Under the pieces are notes generated by a model. The model had not been told where the DNA came from and did not search any database. It saw nothing but the letters and a program-made list of their open reading frames with translations. 64,000 nucleotides of DNA from the NCBI GenBank assembly GCA_965208675.1, contig OZ242351.1, forward strand, positions 3,104,001 through 3,168,000, read 5' to 3'. Every line of letters starts with the position of its first letter. Position 1 is the first letter of the stretch. Both the position numbers and the translations under genes were made by a program. Of the stretch, positions 1 to 8,711 are shown one piece after another. The stretch comes from Candidatus Poribacteria bacterium (GTDB lineage Bacteria; Poribacteria; WGA-4E; PCPOR2b).

Positions 1-2
1 GG

Positions 3-407
3 AAACGATTGCCTACTGAAGCTGAATGGGAGAAGGCCGCGAGAGGCACGAAGAAAAAACGTAACTACCCGTGGGGCAATAAAATGGACTTTGAAAAACT
101 CCACTATTTCCCGCATCAACAAAAACTCAAGCCTGTAGGCAGTTACCCAAAAGGGAAAAGTCCCTACGGGTTGTTGGATATGGCGGGCAGCGTCTGGGAA
201 TGGTGCGCGGATTGGTATGCCGAAAATTACTATTCACAAAGCCCACCGAAAAATCCAAAAGGTCCAGATAGTGGGCAACACAGAGTTTTGCGTGGGGGCG
301 GTTGGGCTTCGATTCGGCTTCAGCTCCAATGCACCCACCGATACGCAGAGAAACCTACACACCGGGCCTACACAGTCGGCTTTCGGTGCGCTAAAGATGT
401 CGAGTAG
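3..407 (+). CDS. Formylglycine-generating-enzyme (FGE-sulfatase/SUMF1) domain protein, 3' part; start lies before the window
   Basis: Family motifs RLPTEAEWEKAARG, YPWG, SPYGLLDMAGSVWEWCADWY, RVLRGGGW and GFRCA. Confidence 0.93.
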   Translation, partial: KRLPTEAEWEKAARGTKKKRNYPWGNKMDFEKLHYFPHQQKLKPVGSYPKGKSPYGLLDMAGSVWEWCADWYAENYYSQSPPKNPKGPDSGQHRVLRGGGWASIRLQLQCTHRYAEKPTHRAYTVGFRCAKDVE

Positions 408-429
408 AGAACGTGAAAGGAGATTTTTA

Positions 430-1116
430 ATGCGAAACCTGATTTTGCTGACCACAGCCGTTGTTTTGGTGTTAGTTGGACTTCACATATACCTAGAATT
501 TGACAAAAACCGGTTTAATGAATTTATGGAGAACCTGCCGCCACTACCATCAGAGGTTCCACAAACTCTTGGTTCCACGGCGAGCACTGTAATAACGAGT
601 GTAGATGAAGCGAAACAAATGGAGCAGGCAGCAGCAGCGATAGGCATGAAGCAGGCGTCAGCGGAGGCGGAAGATGCTTCCAAGACATTGCCTTCAACAG
701 AGACGAGTGACGATGAATCAGATATTGCCGGCTGGGATACTATGGCGGGATCCGAGGAAAATCCTCTTTCGCCGCAGATAGAAGTATTATTTTCCAAGTA
801 CCATGCCTTGAGGGAAATAAGGCGATATGTTGCGGCAGAACTTGTCCCAATGCAGCTTGAGGATATCTCCATTATTGATGAAGTAAGCGAGATTATGGCT
901 GACGAAGGAATTATCTCAGCCGATGGAGTGGCGAGAGCAAATGCACGGATTAGAAGAGGGAAAGAGTTGGCGCCATTAATATACGAACTTCAGGACGAAT
1001 CCGAACGACTCGTTGAGGAATCCAGCGCCCTCTTGGAGGAATACGGCTTTTCATCGGAGAAAGAATTTTACCAAACCCATCGTGAAGACTATAAAGCGTG
1101 GCAAGCCGCGCAATAA
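430..1116 (+). CDS. Hypothetical protein with N-terminal membrane anchor, acidic linker and helical C-terminal domain
   Basis: AAGGAG RBS before ATG 430 (within ORF 217..1116); hydrophobic LILLTTAVVLVLVGLHIYL. Confidence 0.75.
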   Translation: MRNLILLTTAVVLVLVGLHIYLEFDKNRFNEFMENLPPLPSEVPQTLGSTASTVITSVDEAKQMEQAAAAIGMKQASAEAEDASKTLPSTETSDDESDIAGWDTMAGSEENPLSPQIEVLFSKYHALREIRRYVAAELVPMQLEDISIIDEVSEIMADEGIISADGVARANARIRRGKELAPLIYELQDESERLVEESSALLEEYGFSSEKEFYQTHREDYKAWQAAQ

Positions 1117-1258
1117 CACCTTGACACGAAAACACCGCAACGCGGTGGATTTGTGATTCTAACTGCTTCACAAAGCAGTTGTAACACTTCCTAATGTCGA
1201 ACCGTGGTAGGTTCGCCGGGGAATACTCTCATTTTCAAAAGAAGAGAGGAGGCTTCAG

Positions 1259-1726
1259 ATGAAATCAGTTGTTGGAGCAGCCGTAACGGTAGTTTTCTGC
1301 CTCAGTTTCGGCTTTTCTGTTTCCCAAAACCTTGTTGCGTCATCAGATCTAGTCGTTTTGAGTGATTCGGAGATGATGCAGCAAACGGATGGGAAGAAGC
1401 GCCACGAACGTGTAAGTGATTGGGTGAATGAGTTCAAAGAATGTTGGCGCTATACTGTTGAAGACTGTCCCTCAGGAGGGGTTAAGGTAACTTACCCACG
1501 CTACACGTGCATCCCCTGCGATTATGATTACCTAGCATTCACGATGGAGGACGCAATTAAATCTGGAACCTCTTGGTGTATAACGACAGATGTGCGTGAA
1601 AACGGAGAATGGGTAAGAAAATGTGTTAATAGATGGAAAACAAAAAAAATGTGGCGGAATTGTAGCCTAAGAGATGGCTGTGTCCATCAAGTAGTTCGTA
1701 ACCTTAACGGAATACTGACTGTTTGA
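1259..1726 (+). CDS. Small secreted cysteine-rich protein
   Basis: GGAGG RBS; signal-peptide-like N-terminus; 8 Cys in the mature region; LSDSEMMQQTDG segment. Confidence 0.75.
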   Translation: MKSVVGAAVTVVFCLSFGFSVSQNLVASSDLVVLSDSEMMQQTDGKKRHERVSDWVNEFKECWRYTVEDCPSGGVKVTYPRYTCIPCDYDYLAFTMEDAIKSGTSWCITTDVRENGEWVRKCVNRWKTKKMWRNCSLRDGCVHQVVRNLNGILTV

Positions 1727-1791
1727 TCATGTCAACCGGCGGAAGGAATATAAATTCTCCTTCCGCCGCATTTTTAGTAAGGAGGCGTATT

Positions 1792-2862
1792 ATGTCTCGA
1801 ATCGCTTTGTACATTTACTTGACGCTCTCTTTTGCGGGGTCGATGTGCTACTCCCATGAACTTACTGTGGATTCGCTTATTCGCGGGGCAAATCAGGCTA
1901 GGCTTGCAATTCAGAGCGGGGAAATTCAATACTCTGTTATCGAAGTTGACCACGCCGCGCTGATGTCGGAGAGCGAGATTGCCGCATGGAGGAAAAAAGA
2001 AAAAGAGGATGAATTGAAAAACTTTAGTCAATCCGGACCTGATCCACTCTACCCCGATGTTGGACTGAAAGAGTTTGAGGAGGTTCATCTCGCAGCACAA
2101 CTCAACTTCTGGGCGGAATGGCATCGCCAACGCACCGACATTGAGAGGTGCTCAATGGCGTTTCAGGTTATGGAAAAGGGTACGCTTTATAAGATGACTA
2201 TTGAAGAACAACCGGAACTTTCCCTGGACAGTCAAGAGGCACTGCACGGTCATGCAGGTGTTTTCTACCTACTCACTTACGACACACAGACGCAGGTGAA
2301 GGAAGATCTCGGAGACATTGTGAAGCGTGCGCCTGCACCTTCGGTTCGGTTTTTTCGTGAAAATTCTTACTACGGGTTCCGGCAGTTTGCGTGGTATGGC
2401 AGGGATACAGTTCCGGCGACCGCAAGGCTGGTTGGAAAAGAGAGCAAGGATGGGGCATTGTGCCATCTACTAGCGTATGAAACGAAAAATGGAAGGCACA
2501 TAAAAAGTTGGGTTGATGTCGAGAAAGATTTCTGCATTCGACGGTTAGAAATGAGGAGAACTCAAGATGGTCCCGTGCTTTATGTCGGGGAGTATAAACA
2601 CTATCGCCGATTCGGAGAGATTTGGTATCCTGCAATCATTCAGATTTCCGTGTCTAAGAGCGACGGGACGCTTGAAAGAGTGATCACCATTGAGGTGGAA
2701 GCCGCGGAATTCAACGTGGATTTCCCAAAGGACTTCTTCAAGATTGACCCGGAATTCTACGGCAGCGCTCATGATATAAGAACACTTGAATTCGGCCGGC
2801 TTCCAACAACGTCTTCAATCGAGACCGGGGCCCCCCTGTTGCTCTCCCGGACCCGTGGTTAA
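1792..2862 (+). CDS. Secreted protein with LolA-like (outer-membrane lipoprotein-sorting type) C-terminal half; possibly truncated
   Basis: AGGAGG RBS before ATG 1792; signal peptide; CHLL..SWVD..RRLE..YKHY..WYP..EFNVDFPKDFF pattern resembles LolA-like folds. Confidence 0.6.
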   Translation: MSRIALYIYLTLSFAGSMCYSHELTVDSLIRGANQARLAIQSGEIQYSVIEVDHAALMSESEIAAWRKKEKEDELKNFSQSGPDPLYPDVGLKEFEEVHLAAQLNFWAEWHRQRTDIERCSMAFQVMEKGTLYKMTIEEQPELSLDSQEALHGHAGVFYLLTYDTQTQVKEDLGDIVKRAPAPSVRFFRENSYYGFRQFAWYGRDTVPATARLVGKESKDGALCHLLAYETKNGRHIKSWVDVEKDFCIRRLEMRRTQDGPVLYVGEYKHYRRFGEIWYPAIIQISVSKSDGTLERVITIEVEAAEFNVDFPKDFFKIDPEFYGSAHDIRTLEFGRLPTTSSIETGAPLLLSRTRG

Positions 2863-2938
2863 GCAAAGTCTAACGTGGACATTGAGTTGGCGCAAGAAAA
2901 GGTATCCTTACGCCACCAGAAACGTGTGGATTCGGTTA

Positions 2939-5092
2939 TTATCCGACCTTACTAATTTTCCCAATATTTTGAATCGACTCGCCTGCCTCCGTGGCAGCTA
3001 AAACGTAAATATAAATCCCTGCGGCAATAGCGTTGCCTCGACTGTTGTTCCCATCCCAGCGGAACTGCTTCGATCCGATTACATGCTGATGCGAGTCTTT
3101 GTAAATCAAATCACCGGCAATGGTATAAATCGTGAGTTCGACCTCATCAGCAAGTTGGAACCCGGGGATCGTATAGGAAAATATTATATCGGCGCCCCCG
3201 ACAGGAATAGGATTAGGAGAAACGCGAATACTGTCATCGAACTGCTTTCGCATCAAGGTTAACCTCCCGGATTCTATCCGAACCGCATCGGCGGTCAGGC
3301 GATAGGAATCCGTACTGCTGTAGCCGGAGCGGGACGCCACAGAAATGTAAAGCGTGGAAAACCGATCCGGTAGATAGACAATCTGTTGTTCGGCGCCTTC
3401 CACCGTTTCCCTCACCGCAACCGTGGCGCCCTTCGCGTCAAGCAGCGATAATCGGTAATCAACCTCTTCAGGGACATTTGTCAGCGTGATAATTACCGCT
3501 TGTCGCTCTGCCGCATCGAACTGGTACAAATCGCGCGGGTCATCTTCATCGAATAGGAAAGATTCATAGGTTTGGCGAAACTCGATAGGGAACGCATCGG
3601 CGAGCGTATCGTTGGGTTCATAGGTATCGCCAAACGAAACCGAAATCGACATCGTCTGTCCCTCAAAGCCGATGTTCGTGATGGAAATCCCTGAAAAGGC
3701 GCCGTCATTTGAATTGCTGCTTGGCTGCGTCGTCGGCGTAAACGTAGTTTGGTTGTCGTTAGCCGAATACGCCGCGCCGTCCGTAATAAACCTGATATCC
3801 GGACGCGCATCCGGATTATTCGGATTGATGCCGATGTGTTCGGGGTCGCTTGGATCTTCCAGCCAAATCTGTCTCGCTGCATTAACGGCCCCGCGAGGCC
3901 GCGTCTGCGTTTCATCAATGTGCCAGATGAGAATTCCCGACTCGGGCAGATGCGTATCGAACCTAGCCCCGGATTCACGGTATCGGTTTTCAATGAGGAA
4001 GAATTCTGCACTATTGCCGGAGTTCTCCGCACCGCTGGAAAAATCTATCCTGAAGAGCTTGTCATGGTGCGGCGGCAACTCAAAGCTAGGTATCTGCAAG
4101 TCGTTCACATTCTCGTTAATCACAATCGGTTCAATCCAACCCGTTCTCCCATTCTCGGGACGGGCGTCGAAGTCCCATTTCAGGTAACCCATGATATGGC
4201 TCGGCCGCAAACCGTCGCCAACGTCGCCAATCATGTCGCCTTGGTAGGGGCCGTAGAGGCCCATCAAACCCCATTTGTGATCGTAAGCGCCTGTTGCCCC
4301 CGGGTTGTATACATCGGGAGCACCGAAATCGTGGAAGAATTCATGAAAGTAAATGCCGAGGTGGGGTTTATCGAAACTCGGCTCTTCGGCAACAATGACA
4401 GCGGTGTCTACAAGCACCCCGTCAAATCGCCGATTTACGCCGCTCGCCAAAATTGACCAGATGTTTGGTCCTACCGTTCCCCTGAATGTTGAAGCCTCGT
4501 CATCGCCGGCGTGAATGACAAAAACATGGTCCACAACGCCATCTTTGTCTCGGTCATACTGCGTAAAGTCAACGATTTCATCGACGCCCGCACACGCCTC
4601 TCGAACAAGTTCCTGCAACCGGCTGTGGTTAATCCGACCCTGTCCATAAAATCCCATTGGCCGCGCGGCACGAACCCATTGATTGCCGCTGGGAACAACG
4701 CCGCCCATCGGCCCGGACTCGATATTCATCTGCCCGTAAGAAACCTCACGGTAGTAAGTTTTTAACGAAACGCCTTCGTCCGCAAATAGAAACTGGTCGA
4801 ATTCTCTTCCCGGCCGCCTCCCGCGCTGATCGTCAAAGTCAATCTTGATAGCAAGGACATACTCAATCCCGTCTGTCTGCAAGATGCTCGTTGCACGCGC
4901 TTGGCAACAGTCTTGTAAGCTGCCTACAAATGCGGAAACCTCCATCCCCGGCTTTACCGTCCACTCGCTAGTCGTAGGCTGGTAGTCGAAAAAAAGATTG
5001 GGATTCGGCGGCGCTGCAACACCACGAAGGCACCATGAGAATAATATTACAAATCCTATACCGTGAAACACGGCGCGATTAAGCGAACGCAT
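2939..5092 (-). CDS. M6 family (immune inhibitor A-like) zinc metalloprotease with PPC-like and C-terminal FlgD-Ig-like domains
   Basis: SLKTYYREVSYG, YDRDKDGVVDHVFVIHAG, HEFFH zincin motif, FLIENR, GILIWHIDE, DTYEPND, SPNP...WDGNN...GIYIY; start at ATG 5092 preceding the signal peptide. Confidence 0.9.
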   Translation of the reverse strand: MRSLNRAVFHGIGFVILFSWCLRGVAAPPNPNLFFDYQPTTSEWTVKPGMEVSAFVGSLQDCCQARATSILQTDGIEYVLAIKIDFDDQRGRRPGREFDQFLFADEGVSLKTYYREVSYGQMNIESGPMGGVVPSGNQWVRAARPMGFYGQGRINHSRLQELVREACAGVDEIVDFTQYDRDKDGVVDHVFVIHAGDDEASTFRGTVGPNIWSILASGVNRRFDGVLVDTAVIVAEEPSFDKPHLGIYFHEFFHDFGAPDVYNPGATGAYDHKWGLMGLYGPYQGDMIGDVGDGLRPSHIMGYLKWDFDARPENGRTGWIEPIVINENVNDLQIPSFELPPHHDKLFRIDFSSGAENSGNSAEFFLIENRYRESGARFDTHLPESGILIWHIDETQTRPRGAVNAARQIWLEDPSDPEHIGINPNNPDARPDIRFITDGAAYSANDNQTTFTPTTQPSSNSNDGAFSGISITNIGFEGQTMSISVSFGDTYEPNDTLADAFPIEFRQTYESFLFDEDDPRDLYQFDAAERQAVIITLTNVPEEVDYRLSLLDAKGATVAVRETVEGAEQQIVYLPDRFSTLYISVASRSGYSSTDSYRLTADAVRIESGRLTLMRKQFDDSIRVSPNPIPVGGADIIFSYTIPGFQLADEVELTIYTIAGDLIYKDSHQHVIGSKQFRWDGNNSRGNAIAAGIYIYVLAATEAGESIQNIGKISKVG

Positions 5093-5257
5093 AGCGAGCG
5101 CGATATCATTTACAGCGTCGAAGACTTTCGCCTGCGCTGATTGCGCCGTTGATCGATCCCTACAGTCGGTCAGAACTATCACCCTCCCTATTGGGTCGGT
5201 TGCACATTTTATACTGAACCTTCGGCGTTCTAAAAATTGATGCAAAATTTTTTTTGC

Positions 5258-5286
5258 TTGCATTCGCATAGTGAATCTGTCATAAT
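5258..5286 (+). promoter_or_regulatory. Putative sigma70 promoter for the PHP gene
   Basis: TTGCAT-17 bp-CATAAT with TG extension. Confidence 0.4.
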
Positions 5287-5421
5287 ACATCGCAAGAAAA
5301 AAGAGAATTACACGATATTTCCCCGCTCGTTTCCGGGTTCGCATTTTCTGGAAATTCAAACGAATCCATCGCACTCATCTATTACTTGTCGAAACCGTTT
5401 TCTTCTCTGAAGGAGATTAAC

Positions 5422-6192
5422 ATGTTGACCCGCGATTATCACATTCATACAAATCTCTCCCCCTGCGCAGATAGAAATTTTGATTTGGAGAAAATCGTTC
5501 AAATTCAGCAGAAGCACGGTATAAAAGCCATTGGGATCACAGATCACGATTACAGTTACAACCATAAAACCAAAAACATCGAAACAGCGCGGAAAGCCAT
5601 CAAACCGCATGAATCATCAATTACCGTTCATTTGGGTGTTGAATCGCACATGCTGGAATACCGCGTCGCCTCAATCGATATTCAACTCGCCGCCCACTTC
5701 GACTATGTTTTGATGGCGCCAAACCACTATCACTTGCGCGGTGTTGCAGCCCCTGACGATTTAAAGCATCCGAGAAAAGTCGCAATCCATGAGATTTACA
5801 TGTTTGAAGCCGCAATCGCATGCCCATTGACAGATGCAATCGCCCACCCGTTTGTGCTTAATCCGAAAGTCTTTCGCTTTTCCTCGGATGATCTGGGATT
5901 GTTCAGTGAAGAGGTCATGCGGAATGTCGATAAAAAGCGGTTAATTTATCAGTTGGACCTCGCATCTCAACGAGGTACCGGCATTGAGATAAGCCCGAAA
6001 TTTATCCGCTATAATCAAAGGCACCTGCTAGAGTTCTATCATTTGTGCCTTGAGCGGGACGTAAAACTCTTCATTGGAAGCGACGCGCACAACGATAAGG
6101 AATTGGAACAATTATCGCTGCTCGAACCTGTCTTGAAAGAGCTCGGCGTCCGTGAAGAAAACCTATGGCATCCAAAGGAATGGCGATGGTGA
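5422..6192 (+). CDS. PHP-domain phosphoesterase (HisJ/YcdX-like)
   Basis: DYHIHT, GITDH, LGVE, IAHP and GSDAH motifs; AAGGAG RBS before ATG 5422. Confidence 0.9.
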   Translation: MLTRDYHIHTNLSPCADRNFDLEKIVQIQQKHGIKAIGITDHDYSYNHKTKNIETARKAIKPHESSITVHLGVESHMLEYRVASIDIQLAAHFDYVLMAPNHYHLRGVAAPDDLKHPRKVAIHEIYMFEAAIACPLTDAIAHPFVLNPKVFRFSSDDLGLFSEEVMRNVDKKRLIYQLDLASQRGTGIEISPKFIRYNQRHLLEFYHLCLERDVKLFIGSDAHNDKELEQLSLLEPVLKELGVREENLWHPKEWRW

Positions 6193-6231
6193 TTACGAGA
6201 GGATTCCATCGGCTTCGTAAACGTTAACAAG

Positions 6232-7158
6232 TCATGACGCCAAAAATTCGCTAACCTGCGTAACCGTCGGCATTGATGGCGCCGCCCCAAGCGCAGTTAC
6301 GGCGAGCGCTCCACCCGCATTGGCAAAGGCAACCGCGTCTTCAAGCGCCTCACCCCTCGCCAGCCCAATCGCCAAGGCGCCGCAAAAAGCGTCACCCGCC
6401 GCTGTTGTATCCACGACATCCACCTTGTACGCCGGCATGCGTGTCGACATGCCGCGCTTGAACAACAACACCCCGCTATCGCCGAGCGTCAAAATCACGG
6501 CAGATACGCCCTTGCCAAGTAGTACCCTAGCGGCGCGTTCAGCGCTCTCCGAATCTGATACTTTTACGCCGGAGAGGAAATCGGATTCAACTTGGTTGGG
6601 TGTGAGTATATCAACCTGAGACAGAAAACTATCGGGTAAGTCCCGCGCCGGCGCTGGATTCAAGATGACCTTCGTTCCGCTTGACTTGGCGATTTCCGCA
6701 GCCCGTTGCGATGCCGCAATCGGCACCTCCAACTGGAGGAGCAGGACATCAGATTCAGATATGGCTGTTGCCGCTCGTTCCACATCCGCAGCGCTTAATC
6801 GCATATTGGCGCGCGGCACGATGATAATGCTGTTATCCCCGTCTACATCAATAACCGGAGACGCAACCCCGGTACCCGCTTCGGCATCTCTAACGATGTA
6901 GCCAACTTCCACCCCTTCCTCGACGAGCGCATCCATCAACGTATCTCCAAACGAATCTCTTCCCATCCGCCCAACCATCGTCACATCCCCGCCTAACCGC
7001 GCCGCAGCAATCGCCTGGTTGTTCCCTTTGCCCCCGCCGAACATGCCGAACTGCTGCCCAATAATCGTCTCCCCCTTCTGCGGCCGCCGCTCCGCCTTTA
7101 TCACCAAATCCATCATAAAACTGCCCACCACAACAACCTTGGGCTTGCGCTCGCTCAT
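6232..7158 (-). CDS. rbsK: Ribokinase (PfkB family); alternative, possibly leaderless start at 7203
   Basis: VVGSFMMD, GGKGNNQAIAAARLG, LNPAP, DTTAAGDAFCG, GAAPSMP. Confidence 0.93.
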   Translation of the reverse strand: MSERKPKVVVVGSFMMDLVIKAERRPQKGETIIGQQFGMFGGGKGNNQAIAAARLGGDVTMVGRMGRDSFGDTLMDALVEEGVEVGYIVRDAEAGTGVASPVIDVDGDNSIIIVPRANMRLSAADVERAATAISESDVLLLQLEVPIAASQRAAEIAKSSGTKVILNPAPARDLPDSFLSQVDILTPNQVESDFLSGVKVSDSESAERAARVLLGKGVSAVILTLGDSGVLLFKRGMSTRMPAYKVDVVDTTAAGDAFCGALAIGLARGEALEDAVAFANAGGALAVTALGAAPSMPTVTQVSEFLAS

Positions 7159-7211
7159 AAGAATTTTCCCATGCCGGTTTTTCTCATCCTGCAGACACGC
7201 CATAAAGCAAA

Positions 7212-7240
7212 ATTATAGTCAAATCCTCTGCCTTTGTCAA
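7212..7240 (-). promoter_or_regulatory. Consensus sigma70 promoter for rbsK
   Basis: Minus strand reads TTGACA-17 bp-TATAAT exactly. Confidence 0.85.
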
Positions 7241-7702
7241 CGGCGTTGCAGCGAAGCAGACTGCGATCCTTGAAACCGAGTTTTTTCCCTCAAAACTCAA
7301 TCTTCAAGCAGATGTTTTACGCATGTTGCTGCCTCAATGGAAGAATCCTCCCCCTTGCCAAGGGGGAGCTAGAGGGGGTTAAACGATTTGCACGCGGACC
7401 AAATTCGACATCCAGTCTGAATCTGGCAATCCTGAACAAGTGAGAAATTGTCGCTAGGGTCTATCATTTCCCCGCTTATTACAAATACTTGCAATTCTCA
7501 AGCAAAATTTAAACCCTTGCAAATCCGCCTTCAAACCGAAGTTTTTTCTTCAAAACTCGGTTTCTGTATCTGGTTTGTCGATTGATTTCCTCGCCCCATA
7601 CCCCTCGGCTTGAATTTCCATGCCCTAATTGACACCAGCACAATATGCAAACCATCTCCGCCAGTAGCACACCGCGCCGAAAAAAAATTCCAAAAAAAAC
7701 GC

Positions 7703-7731
7703 TTGACAATATTTTTTTAATCGTTTATGAT
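7703..7731 (+). promoter_or_regulatory. sigma70 promoter of nrdR-nrdJ
   Basis: TTGACA (7703)-17 bp-TATGAT (7726), with A-rich UP-like element upstream. Confidence 0.85.
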
Positions 7732-7777
7732 ATGTGTATATTGTGCGTTTGACACAGGACAACACAACATATAGGGG
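7731..7777 (+). promoter_or_regulatory. Tandem NrdR boxes
   Basis: tatgtgTATATTGTGc (7731) and ACACAACATATAGggg (7762) match the acaCwAtATaTwGtg consensus, with canonical 31-bp spacing. Confidence 0.8.
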
Positions 7778-7782
7778 CAAAT

Positions 7783-8259
7783 ATGAAGTGTCCATATTGT
7801 GAAAGTCCGATAACAAAAGTCCTTGATAAACGGGAAACCGACGCCGGTCACATAACCCGCAGGCGCCGGGAGTGCCTGAGTTGCGCCAAGCGGTTTACAA
7901 CTTATGAGCGCGCCGAGGTCCTGAATCTATTCATCATCAAGAAGGACAAGCGCCGAGAAGCCTTTAATCGGGAAAAACTGAAGCGGAATCTGATGAAGGC
8001 GTGCGAAAAACGCCCTATCAGCCATGAAACCATCAATCATCTCATAGCAAATATCGAACAGGAACTCATCAATATGCGCAAGTCGGAGATTGAAAGCCGC
8101 GCGCTCGGTGAATTAGTCATGGGTGAACTTAAAGAATTAGATAAAGTGGCGTACATCCGATTCGCTTCAGTCTATCGAGATTTCACAGACGTAGAAGATT
8201 TTGAGAAAGAACTCCAGGAACTGATCCAGAACGAGAAATCCAAGGAAATTGAGGTTTAA
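7783..8259 (+). CDS. nrdR: Transcriptional repressor NrdR
   Basis: MKCPYC zinc ribbon, RRRRECLSC, RFTTYE, ATP cone, DKVAYIRFASVY. Confidence 0.97.
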   Translation: MKCPYCESPITKVLDKRETDAGHITRRRRECLSCAKRFTTYERAEVLNLFIIKKDKRREAFNREKLKRNLMKACEKRPISHETINHLIANIEQELINMRKSEIESRALGELVMGELKELDKVAYIRFASVYRDFTDVEDFEKELQELIQNEKSKEIEV

Positions 8260-8711
8260 ACTTGAGAATTGTGGGGTAGTAATAGCTTGGGTTGAATCAC
8301 AGAGATACCCAACACCTCAATCAAAAATTTTAACAAAAACCCGTAATTATTTATACGCCGCGGTAGGTTCGGTTTCCCAACCGAACCGGTATTTTCCAGT
8401 CCCCTACGAACGGTTTCCAACCGTACCCGCCGAAACATGTGTAAATATGAATGGAATTGACTATAGTGCCATTGCTCTAAACGTATAGCATTACACCGTC
8501 ATAATTGAGGAATTAAGAGCGATTACGCGAGGTAAAAAATATAAGCGATGTAAAATGTAATGCGCAGAATCCGCTCCAGCACTAGCTTTCAGCAATTCAG
8601 GAATTACATCGGTGTAATTCGATGTAAAACTGAAAACCAAGGAATTTTTAATTTCTAAATGATTTCAATCGTTTTAATCTAGCACTATTCGCTATCAAGG
8701 AGATTACATGC

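Noticed and set aside
217-429. 5' extension of the 299-aa ORF
   Set aside because: Overlaps the FGE gene in another frame; the RBS supports ATG 430
5093-5374. N-terminal 94-aa extension of the M6 protease ORF
   Set aside because: Overlaps the divergent promoter region; the signal peptide begins at ATG 5092
8260-8711. Cobalamin riboswitch or small ORF upstream of nrdJ
   Set aside because: No recognisable B12-box or core motifs; the 79-aa ORF overlaps REP-like sequence and is unconvincing
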